This document shows positions 42,165-51,812 of a stretch of DNA of 64,000 nt, in pieces. Source of the DNA: a virus (lineage: Duplodnaviria > Caudoviricetes); IMG/VR virus record IMGVR_UViG_3300032116_000009; one strand, 5' to 3'. Below the pieces are notes generated by a model that saw only the letters and a program-made list of their open reading frames with translations, made no database searches and was not told where the DNA came from. The stretch's first letter is position 1. Every line of letters begins with the position of its first letter. Both the position numbers and the translations under genes were made by a program.

Positions 42165-42703
42165 TAGTAATAGTGACAATAAGTGGACATAATATACTTG
42201 ACTCCTTTATTGACTCGCAATCCCGCATGAGGGTACTGCCAAGTAGGAGGAAACACCATAACTGATCCTTGTTTAGGAACAATCTTTTTATTGTGATGAG
42301 GAAACTCAGTTTCACCACCAGTGAAATCATCATTCAGATAATACAAGAAAGCTAGATATCTTCTTGCAGATGCGTGATCTTCAACATCAACATGAATATC
42401 AAACCTATCATGACTTCTGGAATGATATTTCTTAATACGAAACTCTTCTAGAAAGAGTCGTGGTGGATACCATCTAGTGTAATCCGAGAACTCTTTTTTG
42501 TAAAGGTTAAGTACACCCATAGTAACTTGAGATAGTTGTTTAGCACTATCTGGATGTTTTTGATTAATATTCAATTGTGTAAAATTAGGGGTTCCTTTGT
42601 TATTAACGATTTCTTTATATCCACTAAGATCAAAGAGATCAATCAAGGTCTTACATGTTTCTTGGGGTAGAACATTTTCATAGACCTTGATAAAATCATC
42701 CAT
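42164..42703 (-). CDS. 2OG-Fe(II) oxygenase (prolyl-4-hydroxylase-like)
   Basis: HVD, YLNDDFTGGETEF, FPPTWQYPHAG..V.KGVKY. Confidence 0.9.
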   Translation of the reverse strand: MDDFIKVYENVLPQETCKTLIDLFDLSGYKEIVNNKGTPNFTQLNINQKHPDSAKQLSQVTMGVLNLYKKEFSDYTRWYPPRLFLEEFRIKKYHSRSHDRFDIHVDVEDHASARRYLAFLYYLNDDFTGGETEFPHHNKKIVPKQGSVMVFPPTWQYPHAGLRVNKGVKYIMSTYCHYY

Positions 42704-43700
42704 AACAAAACTCTTTCTGAGCAATCTCATCTAAAGCCTGCATTACTTCTGGAGTAAAATATTCTTCTGGATTTGCAAGGATTTGTTTTGCGTAAATCTT
42801 TTTACCATCCATCTCGTAACGACCCGCAACATTTTTCCAGAGTCCGCCGAGTTCCCCGAGTTCCAGAAGACCATAATAACGATCAAGACCGCGCTCATCA
42901 TAAAATAGACGGATTTCAACGTCTTTGTTCTCCTTACTCAAACGAGATTTAGCAGTCTTAGCTTTGATAATGTTTCCAACGACTTCTGTTCCATCCTTCT
43001 CTTTTTTCTTTGAGAGATAAATGATAGTAGAAGCGGCGTACTTAAGACCACTACCACCACCCATCTCTTTAGTAGGAACGTAAGCACCGATGACATCATA
43101 AGTGTGATTAGTAACTAACATTGGAATATTAGCTTGTCCGAGTTTGAGAGTGATCATACGGAAAGCACCTTTGACCAGTTGAGATTTGGTCATGTCACGA
43201 ACTTGTTTATCGTTCAGTGCATCAGTAATTTCTTTCTCAGTGGAAAGCATCCCCAGAGAGTCTAACACAAACATACACGGTTTACGTTCTCCTTCAGGTT
43301 TTTTTAAGTATAGGTCTACTGCTTTGAGAGCCTTTCCACGAAATTCCTCTACGGTGACAACATTAACCACGACAAGACGTGATGTGTCGATGCCGCGTGA
43401 CTCCACGAGAGATTTAGTAATGGCAGCCTCAGTATCAAAGTAGAGACAATAACCATCGGGGTTAGTATCAAGAAAATTCTTAACCACAGCGAGAGAGAAG
43501 AAAGTTTTTCCAGTAGAAGACTCTCCAGCAATAGCAGTAATCTTATTCCCAGATACACCACCAAATATGCTACCTGAAACCAGTGCATTAAAAACGTATG
43601 AACCCGTGTCAACATAAGTTTCTGTTTCATCAATGTCTGAAGCAAGTTTGGTGTACTCGCCTCCAATTTCTTTTACGATATCTTTAAGAAAATCCATCAA
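42696..43700 (-). CDS. uvsX: UvsX/RecA-like recombinase
   Basis: AIAGESSTGKT, FDTEAA, LDSLGML, MGGGSGLKYAAS. Confidence 0.95.
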   Translation of the reverse strand: MMDFLKDIVKEIGGEYTKLASDIDETETYVDTGSYVFNALVSGSIFGGVSGNKITAIAGESSTGKTFFSLAVVKNFLDTNPDGYCLYFDTEAAITKSLVESRGIDTSRLVVVNVVTVEEFRGKALKAVDLYLKKPEGERKPCMFVLDSLGMLSTEKEITDALNDKQVRDMTKSQLVKGAFRMITLKLGQANIPMLVTNHTYDVIGAYVPTKEMGGGSGLKYAASTIIYLSKKKEKDGTEVVGNIIKAKTAKSRLSKENKDVEIRLFYDERGLDRYYGLLELGELGGLWKNVAGRYEMDGKKIYAKQILANPEEYFTPEVMQALDEIAQKEFCYG

Positions 43701-44019
43701 GCTACCATCCCATATTCTTCACGTAGAATTTTTTTATAAGGAAGACCCTGTTCTCTGAGTTCCTTTACTAGTTTAAGTTTTTGAAACAATGCAACATCTC
43801 CACCCAGAGACATGGCTTTAATAATAGTATTCAGTTCTTCGTCATTGATAGGTAGATCCATTCATTCCTCCAAATTTTTTGACTCTGTGCAGATAACCCA
43901 ATTATACTTCTTTTTTAGTTCGTTTGCAAACCAATATGCAGTGGAAGCCGTCTCAAACAGTTTCCTATTTTTAACAGGAGACAATTCTCCAGGTTCAGCC
44001 CAAACCACTACATATTTAC

Positions 44020-46518
44020 TCATGAGAAAAAACTATCCAAACTGATTGATTTTTCCACAGACCATCCAATAGAATCAAGAATAATTTTCATTGGTTCCAC
44101 GAAAGATTTATTGAACTGAGTATCATAATCGACATATTTTTCCAATCCAAGTTCTCTGGGAAAGTCTTGAATGAATCCAAGAACATTTTCTTGAATTGGA
44201 TTAGGGATCTTCAAATAAAGAAATTTAATCTTTTCTCCACTTTGAATTGCTGGATACTTTTTATCAAGTCCAGCCTTCTTAGTATAATGATTGTAAAGAA
44301 TTGCACCTCTTACATGAAATGGTACACCTTTATTATACATGTGTGTCTTTGATACCCACTTATTAATTTCAGAAACACTGCGAGGGAAAGCAATCTCTTC
44401 TGGTTGAAGTGATTTAAATTTCTTGCGAGCTTCCTCAATAAACTCAATTACATCATCTTCCCCCTTGGTCATAACGATATTGATTGCATCTTTAATCATC
44501 TTCCTACAAGGTGCAGGAGTAGATGTTTTGATGGCTTCAATACCCATCATCTTCAGTTTAGGTTCTTGATATCGAACACCTTCAGAGTCCCACACTCGAA
44601 GAATATAACGTTTTTTACCAGTCCAGATTCCACGTTCCGCGATGTTCTCGCGTTTCATGTACATCTTCTGATCATAAGCATTCAGGTAGTCGGCCAGTTC
44701 TTGGTAAGAACTTTCAATATACTTTTCAAGTTCCAAGTTACAGACCTTATCAAGGAAATTGACAACTTCATCAGTAGTTTTCTCTCTCCCTTTGAATACA
44801 GCATCAACAAAAGGACCCATATTAATATAAATGGAGTCGGTATCCATAGCAATGACATAATCAACCTCCTCAGTTTTGAGAACCTTATTCATATAAGAAT
44901 TCATCTTTTCTTCAATCCATTGGATGGCTACTTGACCAGATAGAGTAATCGCTTCCGCATTTGCAAGTTTATAGTAACGGAAGTATTCATTACCGATGGC
45001 ACCATAAGCAGAGTTAAGTGCGATCTTTTTAGCCATCTGAATATTATCACAACGAGAAATCTCTTTTTCCAATTCTTTGGTTGGAGTTTTCTCGTAGGCT
45101 TTTTTAGCCTCAATCATCTTCTTTTTGAAGATGACTCGTTCATTATACATCTTCTCCATAAGTTCAGGAAGGAACCCACGAATATCTTTACGGTACATTG
45201 CACCGTTGGCACACACAGCATAATTCTTATACATCTCAAACGTCAGTTCTTTTTTAAGAACCTTATCCACAGTCACACTGGGATGACGATTATCCAAAAG
45301 AGTTTCTGGACTGATGTTGTATTGCATAATGAGGTGTGGATACAGTGAGTTCAAGTCAAAGTTCACCACCCAATCATATGCACCAGGAACTGGTTCCTTA
45401 ACATATGCACCAGCATATTTCTCATCCTTAGTATTACGTTCCTTTTGAGGAATCACAATATTCTTTTTGAGGAGATAGTTGTAGATAATTGCATCCCAAG
45501 TACGAACTTGATAAGCAATATCATTAAAGTTTACCTTTGCGTCAAATGCACGAGTGAAACAGAGATCAATCAACTTGAGTTTATCCTCAAGTCGGTCTAC
45601 TAGTTCTACGTCAACAATGTTGTACTCTACAAATTTTTGCCAATTATTTGTATAGAAATCACGAAAAGTATCAAACTCCGAGTGGTCCAACTTATTCTGA
45701 GACAACTCCATAAAAGCAATGTGATCGAGTCGATAACTTTCCTGGTTAGGAGTTGCAGGAGACTTCTTATAAAGATCCAGATAGTCAATGATTGACACTC
45801 CAGCAATCTCGCAACTCAATTGTTTGCGACCCGAAATCTGTACTTCTTTGACCTTTACAATGTTCCATGGAGAGAATTTTTTAGCAACTTTTTCTCCCAT
45901 CAATCGTGTAATGCGACCAATCAGATATGGAATATCATAGAGCTCGCAGTTCCATCCAGTAATTACTTCAGGAGTATTGTTCTGCCACCAATCCATAAAG
46001 GTATTGATGAGAGAGTACTCATCTTTACAGTAAATGTACTTTACATTTTGTTGAGCAACTTGTGCAGGACGAGATCCAAATGTAGTAATTTGTTTAGTAT
46101 TATAGTCTTGTACTGTAACCAAAAGAAGTTCCTCGGCACAATTAAAGACATCAGGAAATCCACTTTCAGCAGCAACCTCAATGTCAATTGTTACAAGTTT
46201 GATCTTGTTGATATCAAACTTGATTTCATCTTCTGGATACTTTTCTGCGATGTATTGGTAAATGAATCTATCATTTCCAAAAACTTTGAATCCATTCACA
46301 CCTTCATACTTTTCCAAGAAGTCTTTACAATCTCGGATAGTTCCAGGACGAATAGGTTCAACATTTATACCATCAAGAGTTTTATACTTACTTTCTTTCT
46401 TTGATGGAACATAGAATGTGGGATAGAATTCTTCCCTATTTGTAAAATGTTTTCCGTTTTCATAACCTCGGACAAGGATATCATTACCTAGTTGAAAGAC
46501 ATTCGTGTAAAACTTCAT
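44020..46518 (-). CDS. Family B DNA polymerase (gp43)
   Basis: DIEV exonuclease motif, FDLNSLYP, KIALNSAYG, MDTDS, KKRY. Confidence 0.98.
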   Translation of the reverse strand: MKFYTNVFQLGNDILVRGYENGKHFTNREEFYPTFYVPSKKESKYKTLDGINVEPIRPGTIRDCKDFLEKYEGVNGFKVFGNDRFIYQYIAEKYPEDEIKFDINKIKLVTIDIEVAAESGFPDVFNCAEELLLVTVQDYNTKQITTFGSRPAQVAQQNVKYIYCKDEYSLINTFMDWWQNNTPEVITGWNCELYDIPYLIGRITRLMGEKVAKKFSPWNIVKVKEVQISGRKQLSCEIAGVSIIDYLDLYKKSPATPNQESYRLDHIAFMELSQNKLDHSEFDTFRDFYTNNWQKFVEYNIVDVELVDRLEDKLKLIDLCFTRAFDAKVNFNDIAYQVRTWDAIIYNYLLKKNIVIPQKERNTKDEKYAGAYVKEPVPGAYDWVVNFDLNSLYPHLIMQYNISPETLLDNRHPSVTVDKVLKKELTFEMYKNYAVCANGAMYRKDIRGFLPELMEKMYNERVIFKKKMIEAKKAYEKTPTKELEKEISRCDNIQMAKKIALNSAYGAIGNEYFRYYKLANAEAITLSGQVAIQWIEEKMNSYMNKVLKTEEVDYVIAMDTDSIYINMGPFVDAVFKGREKTTDEVVNFLDKVCNLELEKYIESSYQELADYLNAYDQKMYMKRENIAERGIWTGKKRYILRVWDSEGVRYQEPKLKMMGIEAIKTSTPAPCRKMIKDAINIVMTKGEDDVIEFIEEARKKFKSLQPEEIAFPRSVSEINKWVSKTHMYNKGVPFHVRGAILYNHYTKKAGLDKKYPAIQSGEKIKFLYLKIPNPIQENVLGFIQDFPRELGLEKYVDYDTQFNKSFVEPMKIILDSIGWSVEKSISLDSFFS

Positions 46519-46769
46519 TGAATAAGAGTCAAATAATCATTAAGTAGAGGGGTTTTTGGATCAACCAGAGTTAAAATTTTATCTGAAGAGATCATTATGG
46601 AATCAGTTGAATCAGTCAACTCATATAGCCATGGCGTAAGTTTTCCATCAAAAATTTGATAGGGATTAATTAGTTTACAATCAGGTTCTCCTAGTTCGGA
46701 TACAACTGCACTTATTTTTGAAATTAAGATAGTTCCACTCACTAAAACAAGAACTTGTATATCATCCAT
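46515..46769 (-). CDS. Small beta-rich hypothetical protein
   Basis: LVLVSGTILIS...LINPY...PW. Confidence 0.7.
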   Translation of the reverse strand: MDDIQVLVLVSGTILISKISAVVSELGEPDCKLINPYQIFDGKLTPWLYELTDSTDSIMISSDKILTLVDPKTPLLNDYLTLIQ

Positions 46770-47193
46770 TTTTTTCTTCCACAATTACTTCGAAATTTTC
46801 AATAAGAGTTTCTTGTTGATCTAGTTCATCAGAGTCATCGAAATCATCAAAATCATCATACTCATCAAAATCATCCTCATCCTCTACATCTCCACTCATT
46901 CTCATTAAATAAGAATTTTTAACCATCTCATGAGCTTCTACTACACAAACTACCCAAGAAGGATCGATAGCAATAGTTTTGTCTGAGGACAGAACAATCC
47001 ATGGATAAAAAGAAACTTTTTGTTCTTTTTCTACTTCACCATTACTCTCGAATAATACTTTAGGTGTAAGCAAATTGACCACATAGGGGTTTTCGAAAAC
47101 TAAAGAGACTACTTTCTCATTAGAATCAACTAGTTCTTTAATATCAGCTATTACATGTTCTCCAGATTTGAGAACAGCCAGTTTTACAGACAT
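46762..47193 (-). CDS. Small beta-rich hypothetical protein with acidic tail
   Basis: LKSGEHVIA...ENPY...PW. Confidence 0.7.
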   Translation of the reverse strand: MSVKLAVLKSGEHVIADIKELVDSNEKVVSLVFENPYVVNLLTPKVLFESNGEVEKEQKVSFYPWIVLSSDKTIAIDPSWVVCVVEAHEMVKNSYLMRMSGDVEDEDDFDEYDDFDDFDDSDELDQQETLIENFEVIVEEKNG

Positions 47194-47290
47194 ACTCACT
47201 CCAAGTTTAAAGCCAAGATACCACAAAAAAATGGGGGTGTCAACTGGATTTTGCCAGTTAACCCCCAGCGCCGACGATATTCAAAAATAT

Positions 47291-47479
47291 TTAGGCGCCA
47301 TCACCATCTGCGGAATTACCACTCCCACCACCGCCTGGATTCTTAGGCATAGCTTTTCCTGCAGGGACTACTTTTGATTTTCCAGTCAACGGATTGTAGA
47401 TTTTATGCCTAACGGCAGCGGGGTAGGAAATCTGTTTAATGTTTCCGACTTGTTCTAAGAACTGCTTAAAGGATTTCAT
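47291..47479 (-). CDS. Putative internal head peptide with CTS-like N-terminus
   Basis: MKSFKQFLE followed by a basic, Gly-rich 50-mer. Confidence 0.55.
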   Translation of the reverse strand: MKSFKQFLEQVGNIKQISYPAAVRHKIYNPLTGKSKVVPAGKAMPKNPGGGGSGNSADGDGA

Positions 47480-47903
47480 ACACCTTTCGTTTCTGATGTT
47501 CAGGAATAATCCTATTTAGTTTGACATGGAGTAGACCATCTTCAAACTTTACATCAGATACCTTAACATCGTCGGATAGTGTCCAGGTTCTCGTAAAGGC
47601 CCTCTTTGCCAGACCATTGTGAAGATATTCACCTACTTCTGAAGTTTCTGCCTTCTTCGCTTCAACGAAGAGTTTATTCCATTCGGTAAAAACTTCAATA
47701 TCTTCTCGTTTGTATCCAGCAAGAGCGATCTCAATACGATACTCTGTCTCACTTTCCTTAATCACATTGTATGGTGGGTAGTTATTATAGGACTCATGTG
47801 TAGCCCCGAAGCGATTAAACCACTCATCCATTCCAATACTATACTTCTCAATATCATTTAGAAATTTGTCAATGTTAGCCGTGTTGTACTTAGCGAGTAA
47901 CAT
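47466..47903 (-). CDS. hsp20: Small heat-shock protein Hsp20
   Basis: NYPPYNVIK...IEIALAGY...YLHNGLAKRAF...FEDGLL. Confidence 0.95.
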   Translation of the reverse strand: MLLAKYNTANIDKFLNDIEKYSIGMDEWFNRFGATHESYNNYPPYNVIKESETEYRIEIALAGYKREDIEVFTEWNKLFVEAKKAETSEVGEYLHNGLAKRAFTRTWTLSDDVKVSDVKFEDGLLHVKLNRIIPEHQKRKVYEIL

Positions 47904-48014
47904 GATAGACCTCCTTAAGCGTCTGTTAGGTTGTATTACGGATCCGAAGACTCCGCTTTAGAGTATGGGCAGTCATATGACCTTTACCCATCATCATTAT
48001 ATATCTAAAAACAT

Positions 48015-48047
48015 AAAAAATGGTACGGAGTAAAACCGTACCATTTT
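48015..48047. terminator. Terminator downstream of regA
   Basis: AAAATGGTACGG/CCGTACCATTTT inverted repeat. Confidence 0.8.
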
Positions 48048-48099
48048 GGGTATGTTCCGAACTTTGTAGAGACCGCACGAAAAGTCGCTACAGAGTTAT

Positions 48100-48531
48100 T
48101 TATGATTCTGGTTTTTTCTTCTTTCCAATATTATACTTACTTTCCAAAATCCAGTCATTCTTGTCTTTATAGGACAAGACTTTGATCTGATTCAAAGGTG
48201 CTACATCAGTAACAAAATCGGGTTTAGTGATTGTAATTAAACCCCAATCAGAAAGAAGATTGATAATACGATTTCTACGTTGAACATCATTCACCGTAAG
48301 ATTTGCATGTTTACCATCAAGAGCAAACAGTTCTTTAAAGTGAACAATGTAATAACGGCCCTGTTTATGAAGAATGTGACAGGACTGATAAATTTTCTTT
48401 TCCTTGCGCGAGGCAACACCGATACGAGTGAGTGTCTCACGGACTTTCAAGAAATCGTCTGGTTCATTCAGAACCACTTCCACCATTTGATCTTGTGACC
48501 AATTGACTTCTGGTTCAACAAAGGTACTCAT
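48100..48531 (-). CDS. regA: Translational repressor RegA
   Basis: FLKVRETLTRIG...QSCHILHKQGRYYIVHFKELF. Confidence 0.96.
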   Translation of the reverse strand: MSTFVEPEVNWSQDQMVEVVLNEPDDFLKVRETLTRIGVASRKEKKIYQSCHILHKQGRYYIVHFKELFALDGKHANLTVNDVQRRNRIINLLSDWGLITITKPDFVTDVAPLNQIKVLSYKDKNDWILESKYNIGKKKKPES

Positions 48532-48917
48532 CTTTTGCCTCCGACATCAAGTTTAGATTTAATATAGTTAATTTGGTCTTTTGTTAGAATTTTCAATGCT
48601 TGTTGGGCCTTCTCATTACTATAGCCATAGTATGATTTGACTGCATCAAGATCTTGAATTTTCTCTTTTTTAAGCCACGGAGAAAATCTTTTCCGTTTCC
48701 TGACACTATTTAGTAAAAAATCATATTGAAGTCTAGAAGTCAGTTGATGATTGAGATTCATCTCATTTGCAAACATAACCGTATCAATGTGACCTGAAAG
48801 ACATTTATTCACAACAAATGCTGGATACTTCTTTTCCCATTGAGGATCTCCACCATCCATCAAATAATCTTTTGTGAAGTTAATGGAATTTAGATAGTCT
48901 TTTAGTTCGTAACTCAT
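48528..48917 (-). CDS. Clamp loader small subunit (gp62)
   Basis: YPAFVVNKCLS...QYDFLLNSVRKRKRFSPW. Confidence 0.92.
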   Translation of the reverse strand: MSYELKDYLNSINFTKDYLMDGGDPQWEKKYPAFVVNKCLSGHIDTVMFANEMNLNHQLTSRLQYDFLLNSVRKRKRFSPWLKKEKIQDLDAVKSYYGYSNEKAQQALKILTKDQINYIKSKLDVGGKR

Positions 48918-50035
48918 CGGATAATATCAATAGATTCTGGGTTCTTATTCCAAGTCTCAAGTTCTGTGCGAAGACGACCTTCAGACTTCAGAGTTTCATA
49001 TCGATTAGAGGCCTTTTTCCTCCACCAGTTCACAAGGTGATCAAAATGAAACTTATCATAGTTTTGACCGGGACGTAGAACTTCATCTTGTCCAAGAATG
49101 ACTTCACGAGCATTCTCAAACCCGTAATCAGAAATATAAAATCTCTTCTGTTCAGTCAGATTTTTTGCATTTGCAATCGCAGTCTGGAACTCCACAACCT
49201 TTTGAGAAGGTAAGCTTTTCTTGATGATTGAGATCATCTTTTGTTGGGTCTTGAGTTTCCGACTGGATGCGTCCTCCTTCACCAGAGATTGGTTGTCGTT
49301 CCTCTGAATAAACCATTTGTTTAACTCCTGAAAGATCTCATCATGGAGCAGAGGAGTAAAATCACTTTGAGTTAGACCCTTGTACCTCATGTAGGGTTTC
49401 AAACCATCATACTGTGATGAGGCTTTTGTAGACCCATAGAGAGAAGTTGTCTCAAAAGAACAAATGTCTGATCCATACTTCTTATTTAACGTCTCACGAG
49501 CAGTATGAGAACAACAAAGAAGTGCGAGGAGTTTACCTCCGAGATAATTAAATCCAAAAGGTTGTGTAGGTACAATGATAAATCCCATGATTGCATGACG
49601 ATTAAACCTAGACAACTCGGGAGTTTGTCCAAGCCAATCATTGCGGGGTTTTGAATTAATAGTTGGAGATCCAAATCGACAGAAACCAACAATCTTCTGC
49701 GTGTTAGTTTCTTGGACAATCCACTTTAGTGATTTACCAGGAATACTATCTTCAATCGCATGAGAAGTAGTAATCTGAAGTCTTTCGTTGAAATATTCAT
49801 TTGTAAATCCACCTCTTTCTCCTGCAGGATAAACTTTGAAGTTCATATCCTGTGGGTGCATATCAAAAGCATCAAACATGTCATCCTCGGGACCAATCCC
49901 AAGAATGGATGACGGCATTTGTTCCATTCTATCCAATTTCACATTACGCAGATATTCATCGATTCTACCCATGTTGGAGAAGTAATCGATGAATTTATCC
50001 GCTGCGTAAATCGCATCATCAAGTTCTAGTTGCAT
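48914..50035 (-). CDS. DUF4338/DruA-like domain protein
   Basis: IVGFCRFGSP...VPTQPFGFNYLGGKLLA...ETTSLYG..SQY. Confidence 0.6.
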   Translation of the reverse strand: MQLELDDAIYAADKFIDYFSNMGRIDEYLRNVKLDRMEQMPSSILGIGPEDDMFDAFDMHPQDMNFKVYPAGERGGFTNEYFNERLQITTSHAIEDSIPGKSLKWIVQETNTQKIVGFCRFGSPTINSKPRNDWLGQTPELSRFNRHAIMGFIIVPTQPFGFNYLGGKLLALLCCSHTARETLNKKYGSDICSFETTSLYGSTKASSQYDGLKPYMRYKGLTQSDFTPLLHDEIFQELNKWFIQRNDNQSLVKEDASSRKLKTQQKMISIIKKSLPSQKVVEFQTAIANAKNLTEQKRFYISDYGFENAREVILGQDEVLRPGQNYDKFHFDHLVNWWRKKASNRYETLKSEGRLRTELETWNKNPESIDIIR

Positions 50036-50036
50036 A

Positions 50037-50333
50037 TCAAATGATCAGTTTTTTTTCTTCTGGAGTTACGAGTTTACTCCCATAAACTTCATTATACTTC
50101 TTTTTAATTTGTGGATCAACTTCTGCAACATAGACAATGTGATTCTTAGCGATAATCAATTCGGGAATCGTCTTATCGATCACAGAAGCCCATGGAGCAA
50201 ATCCCACACGACCATCTGGACTAGGAAGAACAACTAAACCATTTTTCACAGTCACAAAGTTATCATCCTGAGAGACAAGTTCAGCTACAACCTCTTCTCC
50301 AGTAGCAATACGAAATAGTTTTACATCAATCAT
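50037..50333 (-). CDS. Small beta-rich hypothetical protein
   Basis: KLFRIATGEEVVAE...FAPW. Confidence 0.7.
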   Translation of the reverse strand: MIDVKLFRIATGEEVVAELVSQDDNFVTVKNGLVVLPSPDGRVGFAPWASVIDKTIPELIIAKNHIVYVAEVDPQIKKKYNEVYGSKLVTPEEKKLII

Positions 50334-51280
50334 TTAAAATTACACTCCACCATAATTTCAGTTAACGCCGCCAGAAGATTAATTTCTTGATCCGCAACGA
50401 AGGCAATCTGATACTGATACTTAGCAATAATGAGCACAGCAGCAGGAATAGAAGAACTTTCAAGGGCATTATAAAGAGCATCGTAAACACGACGCAAAAG
50501 TACACCAGAATCATTGTCCAAATTATTAACGACCCATTTACGTACTTCAGGGAAGTTCTTTTCTTTAAGGTTTCTAACCAGGTCATTGATATTTACATCC
50601 GAGAACTCAGCAAGGATCGCAGAATCGATTTTACCACCAGCAGAATACCTCTGACATTCGTTTAGAACCCTTCTCCAATCCGGAAAATATTTATTGATAA
50701 GTTCCGCAAGGACTTTTTGATCGTATTGAATACTTTCCAAGTCAAGGATATTCTGAATACGTTTAAAGAATGATCCTGCAAGTTGAGCTTTTTCTTTTCC
50801 TTTGATACTAAACTCAACAACTGCACATCGAGAGTGGAGAGGTTCAATGATTTTGTTTTTATAGTTACATGTGAAGATGAACCTGCAATTGTTATAAAAC
50901 GTCTCAATATTAGCCCGTAGAAGGAGTTGTACATCGTGGGTTGTGTTGTCAGCCTCATCAATGATGATGACTTTGTGTTTTGCATCACCCGCAGAAAGTG
51001 AGACGGTCGAAGCAAAGTTCTTTGCTTGGTTCCGTACCGTGTCCAAAAATCGTCCTTCGTCAGATCCATTAATGACATAATAATCTACACCCAATTCTTC
51101 GCAAAGAGCTTTTGCAACTGTAGTTTTTCCACAACCTGCAGGACCAGCAAGCATGAGGTTTGGAATTTCTTTTTTATTTAGAAACTCCAAAAATGTCTTC
51201 TTATTTGCATCAGGAAGAATACAATCTTCAATTTTACGTGGGCGATATTTTTCAACCCACAGAAACTCATCACGACTCAT
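50330..51280 (-). CDS. Clamp loader large subunit (gp44)
   Basis: LWVEKYRP, GPAGCGKTT, IIIDEAD, SRC. Confidence 0.96.
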   Translation of the reverse strand: MSRDEFLWVEKYRPRKIEDCILPDANKKTFLEFLNKKEIPNLMLAGPAGCGKTTVAKALCEELGVDYYVINGSDEGRFLDTVRNQAKNFASTVSLSAGDAKHKVIIIDEADNTTHDVQLLLRANIETFYNNCRFIFTCNYKNKIIEPLHSRCAVVEFSIKGKEKAQLAGSFFKRIQNILDLESIQYDQKVLAELINKYFPDWRRVLNECQRYSAGGKIDSAILAEFSDVNINDLVRNLKEKNFPEVRKWVVNNLDNDSGVLLRRVYDALYNALESSSIPAAVLIIAKYQYQIAFVADQEINLLAALTEIMVECNFK

Positions 51281-51282
51281 AA

Positions 51283-51795
51283 TCAAATCCAATTAGGTTT
51301 ACGTTCAGGCATCCGCAGATAATTATCTGCAACCCAAGGTTTAGAAGCAATATACCTTTTATAAGCAGTAAAGGTATCAATAGTATCATCAAATTTCCAC
51401 TCTATAGGCATAGCACGAGCGAATGGAGTCACTTCTGTAATCTTGCCCTTTGGAAACAAATAATATGCGTCCACGAGGGTCTTATAACAGGAGTGAGTTT
51501 TATTATACCGCAGGCAGTATTCATCAGACAAGTTCAATCCCCACTTGATTAACCAGTAGGCATTATGGATACTCTCCATTGCCCACTTGGTGCAGGGATG
51601 ATTGCGGAATGCTCCTTTCTCGGTCTTATAGGGGGTTCCATCCGTCTTAGGGAGAGTGCCATACCCGTGTCCCCACTTCTCTGATGCCACGATAGAGAGC
51701 ATCTGACAACACTCTAAGGGCATCTTGACGATATGTTTGTCTGGGAGACAAATAGCACTCTCAGCAGGCCAAGGGGAAGTGACAAAGATGTTCAT
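51283..51795 (-). CDS. Pyrimidine-dimer DNA glycosylase (DenV-related) family protein
   Basis: MNIF...DKHIVKMPLECCQML...HPCTKW. Confidence 0.7.
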   Translation of the reverse strand: MNIFVTSPWPAESAICLPDKHIVKMPLECCQMLSIVASEKWGHGYGTLPKTDGTPYKTEKGAFRNHPCTKWAMESIHNAYWLIKWGLNLSDEYCLRYNKTHSCYKTLVDAYYLFPKGKITEVTPFARAMPIEWKFDDTIDTFTAYKRYIASKPWVADNYLRMPERKPNWI

Positions 51796-51812
51796 AATAT
51801 AGGTGAGTTACC

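Noticed and set aside
25913-46518. Introns or inteins in nrdA, nrdB, gp41, uvsX, gp43
   Set aside because: Uninterrupted ORFs of ordinary length; no intein splice motifs seen.
48914-50035. Complete Druantia defence system
   Set aside because: Only a single DruA-like ORF; no DruE helicase or other partners in the window.
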